A program made the position numbers and the translations under genes. The notes under the pieces are model-generated. The model was not told the DNA's origin and did no database searches. It was given only the letters and a program-made list of their open reading frames with translations. Of a stretch of 64,000 nt of DNA, positions 8,033 to 18,894 are shown in pieces (within the stretch, counting starts at the first letter, position 1; each line of letters begins with the position of its first letter). This stretch comes from an uncultured Candidatus Saccharibacteria bacterium (lineage in GTDB: Bacteria; Patescibacteriota; Minisyncoccia; Phycocordibacterales; UBA9973), in assembly GCA_964527235.1 (NCBI GenBank), contig CAZGNC010000003.1:47809-111808 (forward strand), read 5' to 3'.

Positions 8033-10573
8033 TTAATTTATTAAAGACTTCCTGTGCTGTGGGGCGTTGATCATTCCGCATTTCTTCCATTTATAGACTT
8101 CCCCTGTTGCAGGATTTATAGCACCACATGGGCAAGGATCATTGCGACCGACTGTCTCACCAGAATGTGCTGGGGTATTAACTGTATTTTCGATATTTGA
8201 TGACTCACTTTGATTGGTAACTAGAGTTTGCTTGGGAAGGTTTGTGGCTTCTTGCGCCTGACTACGAGTAGCTTCTTCAACATTGAGTGTCTTGATAAGA
8301 GAGAAAACTTGGTCTTTAAAGGTTTCTTCCATCTCTTTGAACATAGCTAACCCATCTTTCTTGTATTCAACTATCGGCTCACGCTGACCATACGCACGAA
8401 GATTTACAGAACTACGCAAGTAATCCATAGCTTCTAGGTGTTCCATCCATAGATTGTCTGTAGTATACAGAGCGATTCTGCGTACTGTTTCTAAGAAAGC
8501 AGATTCACCTAATTTCTCCCTCTTTTCTTTGATTATTTGTTCTGCCCCCTCTACTCCCAGAGAAACTTTATCAAGAATTTCTTCGATACCTGCTTTATCA
8601 GCATGGAGCATTTTCTGACGACGTTCATATATAATCTTACGCTGATGATTCATCACATCGTCATACTCTAGAGTATGCTTACGTGCATCGAAATGAAATC
8701 CTTCGATCTTAGACTGTGCACCTTCGAGAGTTTTATTTACGAAACGATTCTCGATAGGCATATCTTCAGGAATACCAAATCTACCCATCATGCTCTTCAA
8801 CCTATCAGAGCCGAATACTCGCATAAGATCATCCTCGAGAGACACATAAAACTGAGTTTCTCCAGGGTCTCCCTGACGGCCTGCGCGACCGCGAAGCTGG
8901 TTGTCGATACGACGAGCTTCGTGTCTTTCAGTACCTATAACATATAGACCACCAGCATTTTTTACAAATTCATACTCTTCTTTAGTGTGAGGATTACCTC
9001 CGAGCTTTATGTCGATTCCGCGACCAGCCATGTTGGTAGCGATGGTTACTGCCCCACGCTTACCAGCTTGGGCAATAATCTCACCTTCCTTTTCATGATT
9101 TTTAGCGTTAAGTATTGTATGTTGCACTCCTTCTTGGCGCAGATATACCGAAAGAAGTTCATTCTTCTCAATAGAAATAGTACCCACAAGCACAGGCTGG
9201 CCTTTGAGGTTGAGCTCTTTTATCTTTTTAGCAATAGCCTGAAATTTACCCTTCTCAGTTTGAAAAATTAAATCTGAATGATCAATACGCACTACTGGAG
9301 TATTGGTTGGAACTACGATGACATCTAGACCATAAACTTTCAAAAATTCTTCTGCAGAAGTATCAGCAGTACCAGTCATACCAGAAAGCTTCTTGTAGAA
9401 TCTAAAGTAGTTCTGGAAGGTTATCGAACCCGAAGAACGAGTCTCTTTCTCGATTTTTACTCCTTCTTTCGCCTCTATAGCTTGATGTATACCCTCACTC
9501 CAGCGTCTTCCTGGTTGGAGACGTCCAGTAAAAGGATCAACGATGACGACTTCACCGTCTTTGACCACATAATCCTTATCACGCTCAAATATCGCCTGTG
9601 CTTTCACCGCAGTTTCTAAATGATGCACATATTTTATGCCTTTTTCTGTATATATATTATCTACACCCAACAATTGCTCAGCTTTACTGATACCGTCATC
9701 TGTAAGAGTAATAGCGCGAAGCTTCTCATCTACAGTATAGTCTGTATCTTTCTTTAATTGTTTAGCAATTTGGTAAAACCTAACATAAAAATCTTCAGAA
9801 TCTCCTGAAGCTGATGAAATAATCAGCGGAGTACGCGCCTCATCTATAAGAATAGAGTCGACTTCGTCCACAATAGCGTAATGGTGCTCTCGCTGAACCA
9901 GGCCTTCTGGCATCGTTGCCAAATTATCGCGTAGGTAATCAAAGCCAAATTCATGGTTCGTTCCATATGTAATATCTGCATGATATGCTTCTTTTCTTGT
10001 GCAAGGCTTCAGGAAATCATATATAACCTTGAATTCTCCGACTTCATCACGCTCTTTATCTTCCTCGACGTGTTTAGGATCATATAGATAAGAAACATTC
10101 TGAGAATTGATAACTCCAACCGAAAGCCCAAGAGAATTATAAATCTGCCCCATCAACACTGCACCCAGGCGCGCTAAATAATCATTGACTGTAATCAAAT
10201 GCGCACCTTTACCTGATATTGCATTGAGATAAAGAGGAAGAGTCGCAACTAAAGTCTTACCCTCTCCTGTTTTCATTTCGGCAATTTTACCTTTATGTAG
10301 TGCTAAACCTCCTATAAGTTGCACATCGTAGTGACGCTCACCTAGATTCCTCTTAGCTACCTCACGCACTACGGCAAAAGCCTCAGGCAAGATGTCGTCC
10401 AGACTCTCCCCCTTAGCCAATCTATCCTTAAATTCTTGGGTCTTTTTCGGGAAATCCTCGTCTTTTAGCTTAGAAATATCTGCCTCTAGGGCGTTTATTT
10501 TAGCAACGGTCTTTTTAGCCTCATTTACAAATGAAGTGCTTGTATCACCAAATATCTTACTAAAAATACTCAT
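8033..10573 (-). CDS. secA: preprotein translocase ATPase SecA
   Basis: Conserved DEAD-like motor motifs along 846 aa. C-terminal Cys-rich zinc-binding tail DPCPCG...KWKKCG. Confidence 0.95.
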   Translation of the reverse strand: MSIFSKIFGDTSTSFVNEAKKTVAKINALEADISKLKDEDFPKKTQEFKDRLAKGESLDDILPEAFAVVREVAKRNLGERHYDVQLIGGLALHKGKIAEMKTGEGKTLVATLPLYLNAISGKGAHLITVNDYLARLGAVLMGQIYNSLGLSVGVINSQNVSYLYDPKHVEEDKERDEVGEFKVIYDFLKPCTRKEAYHADITYGTNHEFGFDYLRDNLATMPEGLVQREHHYAIVDEVDSILIDEARTPLIISSASGDSEDFYVRFYQIAKQLKKDTDYTVDEKLRAITLTDDGISKAEQLLGVDNIYTEKGIKYVHHLETAVKAQAIFERDKDYVVKDGEVVIVDPFTGRLQPGRRWSEGIHQAIEAKEGVKIEKETRSSGSITFQNYFRFYKKLSGMTGTADTSAEEFLKVYGLDVIVVPTNTPVVRIDHSDLIFQTEKGKFQAIAKKIKELNLKGQPVLVGTISIEKNELLSVYLRQEGVQHTILNAKNHEKEGEIIAQAGKRGAVTIATNMAGRGIDIKLGGNPHTKEEYEFVKNAGGLYVIGTERHEARRIDNQLRGRAGRQGDPGETQFYVSLEDDLMRVFGSDRLKSMMGRFGIPEDMPIENRFVNKTLEGAQSKIEGFHFDARKHTLEYDDVMNHQRKIIYERRQKMLHADKAGIEEILDKVSLGVEGAEQIIKEKREKLGESAFLETVRRIALYTTDNLWMEHLEAMDYLRSSVNLRAYGQREPIVEYKKDGLAMFKEMEETFKDQVFSLIKTLNVEEATRSQAQEATNLPKQTLVTNQSESSNIENTVNTPAHSGETVGRNDPCPCGAINPATGEVYKWKKCGMINAPQHRKSLIN

Positions 10574-10610
10574 TAGAACATATTAGCATAAAATCGAATT
10601 TTCTCCGAAC

Positions 10611-10638
10611 ACAAAAAGAAAAACCCCCTTGCGGGGGC
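10611..10638 (-). terminator. rho-independent terminator (GGCCCCCGCAAGGGGG + T-run on minus strand) downstream of the micro-ORF and upstream of secA
   Basis: 5-bp G/C stem with TTGC loop followed by TTTTTCTTTTTGT on the minus strand. Confidence 0.6.
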
Positions 10639-10655
10639 CTTTCTGAAAGATAAGA

Positions 10656-10733
10656 CTAAGCTCGCTTCTTTTTTGAAGCCTTCTTTGTTGTCTTTTTCTT
10701 TGCTGCCTTCTTTGCTTTCTTTTTTGCTGCCAT
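10656..10733 (-). CDS. candidate 25-aa lysine-rich micro-protein (MAAKKKAKKAAKKKTTKKASKKKRA)
   Basis: ATG..TAG ORF below the 60-aa track cutoff, with its own downstream terminator. No SD, but no native gene here has one. Confidence 0.3.
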   Translation of the reverse strand: MAAKKKAKKAAKKKTTKKASKKKRA

Positions 10734-10768
10734 AATAGTTTTTAAGAACTTAATTTTTTAATTGTGAT

Positions 10769-10815
10769 TTGCAATAATCACGACCTTGAAAATATTTTTC
10801 AAAATAATTATTGCA
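10769..10815. promoter_or_regulatory. nested palindrome: TTGCAATAAT ... TTGAAAATATTTTTCAA ... ATTATTGCAA
   Basis: 10-bp outer inverted repeat enclosing a perfect 17-bp palindrome, in the AT-rich intergenic region between tRNA-Ala and the secA leader. Confidence 0.35.
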
Positions 10816-11095
10816 AGGAACAACTTAATTATCTCGCATATTAAAATTTATTACAATACTTTTTTCACAAAACTGTGGATAACTTTTTTATTTTCAAAAA
10901 TAAAAATATAAAATATTTTTTAAAAAAATTAATTATTTACTTAAAATAAAAAATTCTCGACCTTTCGATCAAGAATTCTTTATTATTATTTTCATTTGAG
11001 GCGAGTGATGGCGAAACTCCAACATATGTGCCTATGTGAGTGCGACCACTCGCCACAGATGAAAACAATATAACCATTATATCATACTATTCTCG

Positions 11096-11166
11096 TGGAC
11101 CCACGGGGAATCGGACCCCGGCCTCGTCCATGCCATGGACGCGTAATACCATTTTACTATGGGCCC
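11096..11166 (-). tRNA. tRNA-Ala (anticodon GGC)
   Basis: Manual fold: acceptor GGGCCCA/TGGGTCC with the G3:U70 alanine identity pair, U8 A9, D-loop with GG, anticodon loop AU-GGC-AU, discriminator A. No encoded CCA. The T-loop is an atypical UCCGAUU. Confidence 0.65.
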
Positions 11167-11192
11167 AGAATGAGATAAATCTATTATATAAG

Positions 11193-11552
11193 TTACAAAT
11201 TGGCAACAATAAAACCAATTAAAACAAACACGAAACCAATGAGTACGTTCCCCTCAGGAGCTGTTTTAAACACTACTTTTGCAATGATTATCTCGGCCAC
11301 AACTAAAGCCGTCCAGCTTGTAAGTGTTACCAACCAGATATTGTTATTAAAAACCTTTATCCCATATAGATAACCTCCTAATAATGCAAAAACTCCAACA
11401 ATAGATACCCATATATACCAATTGTTTAATTTAAATATTTGCAGGACGCTTGCCCCTGATGCACTAACTTTAGCACCGAACACCTGAGCAAGAATCATGA
11501 GAGACTCCCCTAGTGCAATCATTGATAGAGTTAATATTTTTTGCCAAAGCAT
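11193..11552 (-). CDS. small integral membrane protein (4 TM, SMR/EamA-half-like)
   Basis: 119 aa, four hydrophobic helices. Confidence 0.45.
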   Translation of the reverse strand: MLWQKILTLSMIALGESLMILAQVFGAKVSASGASVLQIFKLNNWYIWVSIVGVFALLGGYLYGIKVFNNNIWLVTLTSWTALVVAEIIIAKVVFKTAPEGNVLIGFVFVLIGFIVANL

Positions 11553-11567
11553 GTTGCTGGGTTAATC

Positions 11568-12458
11568 TTATATTCTCTCTAATATATGTTCTACCACATG
11601 ACTCATACGAGCACCGACGGATTCACAAGATTGATGAAAATGAGAGCCATTCTCTAAGTTAGGCAAGAAACTAACATCTGTAAGATATATACCGAATTTA
11701 GGATGCATCGTGAAATGCGTATTTAAATAAAACTTAGCATCTAAATGCCCAAATAAATCTTTAACTAAAGCATAAATCTTCTCTTTTTCGTGTCTAGCTA
11801 GACCAATAATCGGCATAATATATACATCCTCTCCCCGAAACCCAGCAATACTATGCACTTCAGTACTCTTACCTGGTACAAGTTCTTCTACTAGAACACT
11901 TCCCCCATAAGATGAGATATCATCAATAGCCCCAGCTAATTCGTTGAAAGTTTTCGCCACATATACGCCGACATTTGGATTCTCAGGGAAAGATCTAATA
12001 ATCCAAGGTGAACCGAACTTCTCGAAGGTTTCTTTCGCTTTCTTTATCGCATATCTCTCTCGCGGACCATCGAAGTCTTCTTGATATTGAGGGAAGATAA
12101 TATGTCGAGGTAAACTTACCCCCATCTTTTGCATGTGCTCTCGCAACATCTCTCTACTATTCACTAATAAACTAGAAAAGGGCGAGGAGTTAACATGCGG
12201 AATAGAAAAATTATGCAAAACTTGCGTAACTTCAGGTGGCAACGTGCTCCAAACCACATCTACCTTCTCAGCTAGATTTGGTAATGATATCGGCATTCCT
12301 CCCATATGCCACACACCCTCGCGATCTACAAATATATCAACGGGTTTATATTTATGAGAAAGTTGCTCTGATATGAGCGACAAAATATCACCACCTTTTT
12401 TCAAAGAAGATTCATAATGATTCCCTGTCCCGCCACGAAGCACACCGACTCGTTTCAT
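11568..12458 (-). CDS. ddl: D-alanine--D-alanine ligase-like ATP-grasp enzyme
   Basis: N-terminal VGVLRGGTGNHYESSLKKG resembles the Ddl N-domain; ATP-grasp region LVEELVPGKSTEVHSIAG. A TATAAT sits 9 nt upstream of the ATG, so possibly leaderless. Confidence 0.5.
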   Translation of the reverse strand: MKRVGVLRGGTGNHYESSLKKGGDILSLISEQLSHKYKPVDIFVDREGVWHMGGMPISLPNLAEKVDVVWSTLPPEVTQVLHNFSIPHVNSSPFSSLLVNSREMLREHMQKMGVSLPRHIIFPQYQEDFDGPRERYAIKKAKETFEKFGSPWIIRSFPENPNVGVYVAKTFNELAGAIDDISSYGGSVLVEELVPGKSTEVHSIAGFRGEDVYIMPIIGLARHEKEKIYALVKDLFGHLDAKFYLNTHFTMHPKFGIYLTDVSFLPNLENGSHFHQSCESVGARMSHVVEHILERI

Positions 12459-12473
12459 ATCTATAGATTATAA

Positions 12474-12498
12474 CAAAAAAAACCCCGCAAATGCGAGG
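12474..12498 (-). terminator. rho-independent terminator ending the 16S transcription unit (CCTCGCAtttGCGGGG + T8 on minus strand)
   Basis: Hairpin followed by eight T on the minus strand, between the 16S trailer and the ddl start. Confidence 0.6.
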
Positions 12499-12528
12499 TG
12501 TTTTTTGAAAGTCCGCTGTAAAAGCGGT

Positions 12529-12556
12529 TTGCTGTTCTATGTTTTGTTTCGTTCTA
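12529..12556 (-). repeat. 16S trailer half of pre-rRNA processing stem (pairs with leader at 14264-14291)
   Basis: TTGCTGTTCTATGTTTTGTTTCGTTCTA here is near-perfectly complementary to TAGAACGAAACAAAACACAAAACAGCAA at 14264-14291. Confidence 0.7.
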
Positions 12557-12685
12557 TTTTAACTCCAGACCTTTCTCTGGCGTCAGATTCTTTTTAGGAT
12601 ATGAAATCATTATCCATTGTGTCGTCAATTGAGCGACACAACACCGACTCACTAGACTACAATCTTCCGAAGAAGATCGTAGCGT

Positions 12686-14250
<1,565 letters not shown>

Positions 14251-14263
14251 ATTAAAAGTATTA

Positions 14264-14291
14264 GAACGAAACAAAACACAAAACAGCAATG
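14264..14291 (-). repeat. 16S leader half of pre-rRNA processing stem
   Basis: Complementary to 12529-12556; a typical RNase III processing helix bracketing 16S. Confidence 0.7.
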
Positions 14292-14525
14292 TATTTGTAT
14301 TTTTACTTTTAACCCTAGCTCTAAAAATTATTTAATCGAAACAAACTTGAGACTTGCGTCCCCGATTTTACTCGGGGGTTCTCAATCTTACCCCGCACTC
14401 AGATCTTTCAGTTTGAGGCGGGGCTTATTCAATTTTCAAGATACAGTGAAACAAAAACGCCATACCCAAACGGATAGACGTGCTAGGGAGAAGTATATAC
14501 GAAGCCGAATAGCAAGTCAAGCGCT

Positions 14526-14554
14526 AAAAATGCCCTATTTTATAGGGCATTTTT
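14526..14554. terminator. perfect palindromic bidirectional terminator AAAAATGCCCTAT-ttt-ATAGGGCATTTTT
   Basis: 13-bp perfect inverted repeat with flanking A/T runs; downstream of the SWIB gene and upstream of the 16S promoter region. Confidence 0.7.
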
Positions 14555-14657
14555 AGCTTTATTCTATTTATTTCTTTTTTGCTTTCTTAGGCTTTTTTAC
14601 GTCCTTGCGATAAGCGTTATTTCCTTTTCCCATAATTTATATGATTTTTGTTATTAA

Positions 14658-14915
14658 TTAGGAAAGATGCTTAGAGACAAGCTTGGTCATCTCGAACATA
14701 CTGACGGTAGCCTTACCACCGAAAACCTTCTTTAGGTTCTCATCAGCATTGATGTTACGCTTGTTCTTTTGATCTTGTAGACCATTCTTTTTAATGTAAA
14801 CCCACAAAGCCTTAACAACCTCTGATCGAGGCATAGGCCCCTTGCCTACTACTTCAGCAAGCTCAGCGCTTATATTCATAGGCTTCATAAATGCGGAAAC
14901 TTTTTTGTCTGCCAT
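14658..14915 (-). CDS. SWIB/MDM2 domain protein
   Basis: ISAELAEVVGKGPMPRSEVVKALWVYIKKNGLQD...LKKVFG matches the SWIB domain. Confidence 0.8.
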   Translation of the reverse strand: MADKKVSAFMKPMNISAELAEVVGKGPMPRSEVVKALWVYIKKNGLQDQKNKRNINADENLKKVFGGKATVSMFEMTKLVSKHLS

Positions 14916-14977
14916 ATTTTTCTTTTACTTAAATTATTAACTATTAATCTATCCCTGGTATTATACCATATACTTAA

Positions 14978-16468
14978 TTATTTCTCTAAGTCTAGTATCT
15001 CGTCAATGCGAATCTGTGAGACGAAGTCTGGAACGTGGGAGACCAATATCATCGCCCCTTCGTATTGGTCAAGTGCCTTGGCTATAATCGGCAAGTGACG
15101 AAAGTTGATGTGGTTCGTCGGCTCATCTAGTATAAGTAGTCCCGGGCGTTGCAATACTAGAGTCGCAAAAGCGACCAGCCCCTTCTGCCCTTCTGAAAGG
15201 TCACGAATCTTGGTGTGAATAATATCGCTTGTTATAAGAAAGTTAGCAGCCACACTTCGCATATACTCTTCATCTATTTTCCCGGTTACTTCTTTAAGGA
15301 CTTTCGTAAGAGCCGCATGCACAGACTCATCGAAGTTAAGCGTCGAGAAATCCTGCCTATAGTAGCCCACTCTGACACCTTCCATTATTTTCGCACCTTT
15401 TGCGTGCCCTTTAGCCAGAGATTCTAATAATGTGCTTTTACCGATACCGTTTGGGCCAGACAGAAGTAAATGCATCTTCTTCCTCAAGTTTATCTTTGCC
15501 TTTTTCGCCACGATCTTGTGGGAATGTGGATCCATGATATCAAGCGAGGTGATACTAACGATATCTCCTAGAAGTTCTGGTTGATTTGGAATAGTGAATT
15601 GCCTGATTGTTTTGTCTTCTTTACGCACGTCCACCATTTCTTCTTCGAGTTCTTCAGCTTTCTCGCGCATACGACGAGCAACCAGACGCAGGCGTCCACC
15701 TTTATAAGCGAATTCGTTGGCCTGATCTTTCTTAGCTTGAATTTCTTTAGCGAGTTGGGCGTTCTTCATGTTTTCTTTCTCCACTCGTGCAGAAATTTGT
15801 TCAACCACATTGAAATAGTTACCTACATACTGCTCCACATGAAGAGTATAGATATCTAGATAAAACACCGCTTCAGTGAAAGCATTTAAGAATTCCGCAT
15901 CGTGAGAAATAACCAAAACTGTTTTCTTGTAATTCACCAAGAACTCAGTTAGGTGTGAGATACCTGCTTTGTCTAAGTTATTAGTCGGCTCATCAAGTAG
16001 AAGAATATCTGGCTCTTGAATCAAAGCTGACGCGAGAAGTAGTCTTGCTTGCTGGCCTCCAGAGAAAGTACGAATAACTCTATCGTGAACTTTCTGGTGA
16101 CCTTTAAGATTCACAACTTCTAAAACATCATCTATCTTGGGGTCTATATCGTAAACTTTCTTTTCTGTGACATTCGCGAGAGCCTTCTCGAAAAATTCTC
16201 GCACAGTTAAATCTAAATCTTCTCTTGGAATAACTTGTCGAGAAAGCGCGATGGTTGTACGAGGAGAAATATGTATCTGACCATCCTCGGGCTCGCGCTC
16301 GCCGGTGATAAGCGAAAATATAGTACTTTTCCCTGCGCCGTTCTGTCCCATAAGTGTTGCTTTCATGCCACGACGCACCGAAAGATCCACTTCTTCTAAA
16401 ATTGGTTTGTTGTGCCCGTAGTTAAACGACACCTTATCAAATCTTATTATTGTTTCAGCTTGAGCCAT
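14978..16468 (-). CDS. ABC-F family ATPase (tandem ABC domains, no TMD)
   Basis: Two Walker A motifs (GQNGAGKST, GPNGIGKST) and two ABC signatures (SGGQQARL.., SEGQKG..). Confidence 0.8.
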   Translation of the reverse strand: MAQAETIIRFDKVSFNYGHNKPILEEVDLSVRRGMKATLMGQNGAGKSTIFSLITGEREPEDGQIHISPRTTIALSRQVIPREDLDLTVREFFEKALANVTEKKVYDIDPKIDDVLEVVNLKGHQKVHDRVIRTFSGGQQARLLLASALIQEPDILLLDEPTNNLDKAGISHLTEFLVNYKKTVLVISHDAEFLNAFTEAVFYLDIYTLHVEQYVGNYFNVVEQISARVEKENMKNAQLAKEIQAKKDQANEFAYKGGRLRLVARRMREKAEELEEEMVDVRKEDKTIRQFTIPNQPELLGDIVSITSLDIMDPHSHKIVAKKAKINLRKKMHLLLSGPNGIGKSTLLESLAKGHAKGAKIMEGVRVGYYRQDFSTLNFDESVHAALTKVLKEVTGKIDEEYMRSVAANFLITSDIIHTKIRDLSEGQKGLVAFATLVLQRPGLLILDEPTNHINFRHLPIIAKALDQYEGAMILVSHVPDFVSQIRIDEILDLEK

Positions 16469-16542
16469 ACAGAGTATTACTTTACATTACTTTTACCAAA
16501 ATAGAAAGAAAAAATATCATATTAATGCTATACTCGAATCCT

Positions 16543-17271
16543 ATGACCCAATCAGAGTCCGCAGACTACCCTATGCGCATAAACAAATATCTAGCTCTCA
16601 AAAAGCACTCAACCCGTCGTGGAGCCGACGAACTCATTAAAGATAAGAAGGTTTTTATCAATGGGCGCCTCGCTGTACTAGGAGACAAGGTCAATGAAAC
16701 CGATCAAGTCGACGTGCGTTTTAGAGGTAAGATGAAACCCTATAATTACGTCGCCTACAACAAGCCAAAAGGCGTAATAACCCACTCAGCAGAGGAAGGT
16801 GAAGAAGACATAAAGAGCGCGCTTTCGAAAGATAAGACAATGCAGGGACTGTTCCCTGTTGGGCGTCTGGATAAGGATTCTCATGGGCTTATCATTCTAA
16901 CTGATGATGGACGAATCACCGAGAGACTGCTCGGGCCAAAGTATTTTCACGAGAAAGAATATCTAGTGAAGACTAAGACACCACTACGTGCAAACTTCAA
17001 AGAAAAAATGGAAGCTGGTGTAAAGATAGAAAATGAGCAAACCACGAAATGCAAAGTGCGCATCATAAATGCAAGAACTTTTAAAGTTACCCTAACCGAG
17101 GGTAAGAAACACCAGATCAGACGAATGTGTGTAGCTCTCTTCACTGAAGTCGAGGATCTCAAAAGAATTCGTGTGATGAATATCGAACTCGGTAAATTAG
17201 CTTCCGGGGCGTTCAGAAAAATTGAAGGAGAAGAACTCAAGAAATTCCTAGAAGCATTAGAGCTGGCTTAG
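16543..17271 (+). CDS. rRNA pseudouridine synthase, RsuA/RluB family (S4 domain + catalytic domain)
   Basis: S4-like RINKYLALKKHSTRRGADELI; catalytic GRLDKDSHGLIILTDDG with the conserved Asp. ATG at 16543 chosen because the 16450 start overlaps the ABC-F gene. Confidence 0.75.
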   Translation: MTQSESADYPMRINKYLALKKHSTRRGADELIKDKKVFINGRLAVLGDKVNETDQVDVRFRGKMKPYNYVAYNKPKGVITHSAEEGEEDIKSALSKDKTMQGLFPVGRLDKDSHGLIILTDDGRITERLLGPKYFHEKEYLVKTKTPLRANFKEKMEAGVKIENEQTTKCKVRIINARTFKVTLTEGKKHQIRRMCVALFTEVEDLKRIRVMNIELGKLASGAFRKIEGEELKKFLEALELA

Positions 17272-17339
17272 TTTGTGCTCAACAACTATCCTGTTATAAT
17301 AATAAGATTATTAGGTTAGTATAAAATTAAATAAAGATA

Positions 17340-17780
17340 ATGAAAAAAATCATATTAGGTTTGTTTGCTTTTGCTTTACTCGTTGCACCTGTTGCCTTCG
17401 CAGAACGTGGCAGTGAAAGTGCTCGTGTAAAGACGACTAAAACAGTTAACACTACTTGTGTAGGTACAGCTGTAGGGGTAAGAGAAGATGCAGTCATGAC
17501 TGCATGGAGTAAGTTTGATGACGCAGTAACTGCTGTGCTTACAGCGCGAAAAACTGCATTAGTAAGTGCTTGGTCTTTGACTGACGCTACTGCTCGAAAA
17601 GCAGCTGTTAAAGCCGCATGGGCAACTGCAAAGAAAGATCGAAAAGCAGCAGCAAGTACATACAAGACAGAAAGAAAAGCAGCTTGGAGTGCTTTTAAGA
17701 CTGCAGTTAAGGCTTGCGGAGGTAGTGATGCAAGTGAGGCTGAAGACGAGAAGGATTCTGGCACTTCTGTAGACCTATAG
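17340..17780 (+). CDS. secreted Ala/Lys-rich protein, unknown function
   Basis: Signal peptide MKKIILGLFAFALLVAPVAFA; the antisense ORF 17327-17764 is a shadow; followed by a terminator. Confidence 0.5.
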   Translation: MKKIILGLFAFALLVAPVAFAERGSESARVKTTKTVNTTCVGTAVGVREDAVMTAWSKFDDAVTAVLTARKTALVSAWSLTDATARKAAVKAAWATAKKDRKAAASTYKTERKAAWSAFKTAVKACGGSDASEAEDEKDSGTSVDL

Positions 17781-17800
17781 AAAACAAAAGTCCTAAATTT

Positions 17801-17826
17801 AAAAACCCCGGTCTCCCGGGGTTTTT
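17801..17826. terminator. bidirectional terminator AAAAACCCCGG-tctc-CCGGGGTTTTT
   Basis: Perfect stem with flanking A5/T5. Confidence 0.7.
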
Positions 17827-17832
17827 AAATTT

Positions 17833-18108
17833 CTATTCTTCTGATTTACCTAGATCAGACATCTGTAGTGGGCTCACTACTTTAGGAGGATTCATGTCGA
17901 TGATCCCGAACTGACTTTCATAATTCTCGATTTGTTTATTCATCCAGACAGCGATACTTTTCATTTTTTGTGGAGTAGTTGCATAAGCATCTAAGTTGTT
18001 GCCTGAAGTTAGGGCGAAGCCAAAGAAGTCTTTACCGAAAGCACCTATAGCGCCATCGATAAATTTCTTCGGCAGTTGATTCATATTAACTTTCGTTGGA
18101 TCTATCAT
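17833..18108 (-). CDS. hypothetical protein
   Basis: ORF only; no recognisable motif. Confidence 0.3.
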   Translation of the reverse strand: MIDPTKVNMNQLPKKFIDGAIGAFGKDFFGFALTSGNNLDAYATTPQKMKSIAVWMNKQIENYESQFGIIDMNPPKVVSPLQMSDLGKSEE

Positions 18109-18109
18109 T

Positions 18110-18892
18110 TTATTTTATAGTTAGATTTTTAATTACGCCTTGTGCGTCTGTAGAGTAAGTATAGTTCCTCTTTTCTTGTACGTGGCCATCTTCATAGATA
18201 ACTACGCCAGAATTATCATTGGTGTTAATAGTCGCCGAAACATAGTACCATTGCCCTCCCAGCACCGGCTTGGTAGGAGAAAGTTTAGCCAAATTGTCTT
18301 TCAAGTATTCTTCGACGTTAGATCTCTCAGTAAAGTCCGAACAAGCAACATCGGTAAGATCTAATGTGTAATTTATTTTCGCACCCTTTTTGTAAACATA
18401 CACACCATCTCCTCTATCAACCATTTCTGCAAATCCAATACTAGCAGTGCCTTCACCGAAAATTATTTTCAACTCCTCCTGCACGCTCATGCCTTCTCCT
18501 TGTGAATACCACCAGAGGTTAGCAGTACGCGCCATCATTGTCTTATCAACAGGACCAACTGTACCCTTGATCTCGCCCACCTTACTGTCTTTTTCTGCTG
18601 GTAGGAAATTTAATTCTCCAGTGACCTTTTCCCCGTCGAGCAACATGCGCAATGTATAACGATCATAGAAACCAGTTTCATTTGGTGTGCTAAATTTAGC
18701 AAAGCAAAGCTCTATAGGCTTCGTAATGCCTTCTAGTTCACCTCCCTGCTCTCCTGGAACTTCTTCTGTGGGAACTGGGGTGGGAACATATTCTATGTTG
18801 GATTTCTTGCTTACTAACCAGAAAATTAGCCCGAAAAAGCAAATCAATATTAGTACATACTTTAGAGTTTTCATACCCCCATTATACCACAA
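18110..18892 (-). CDS. membrane-anchored hypothetical protein
   Basis: N-terminal TM LKYVLILICFFGLIFWLV; no recognisable domain. Confidence 0.35.
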   Translation of the reverse strand: MWYNGGMKTLKYVLILICFFGLIFWLVSKKSNIEYVPTPVPTEEVPGEQGGELEGITKPIELCFAKFSTPNETGFYDRYTLRMLLDGEKVTGELNFLPAEKDSKVGEIKGTVGPVDKTMMARTANLWWYSQGEGMSVQEELKIIFGEGTASIGFAEMVDRGDGVYVYKKGAKINYTLDLTDVACSDFTERSNVEEYLKDNLAKLSPTKPVLGGQWYYVSATINTNDNSGVVIYEDGHVQEKRNYTYSTDAQGVIKNLTIK

Positions 18893-18894
18893 AA

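Noticed and set aside
16450-16542. Upstream start (16450) for the pseudouridine synthase gene
   Set aside because: It would overlap the convergent ABC-F gene start region by 19 nt and adds a non-conserved 31-aa extension. The ATG at 16543 precedes the S4 domain directly.
17327-17764. 145-aa minus-strand ORF antisense to the secreted Ala-rich gene
   Set aside because: A mirror ORF typical of Ala-rich (GCN-rich) coding regions. The plus-strand frame has a signal peptide and a downstream terminator.
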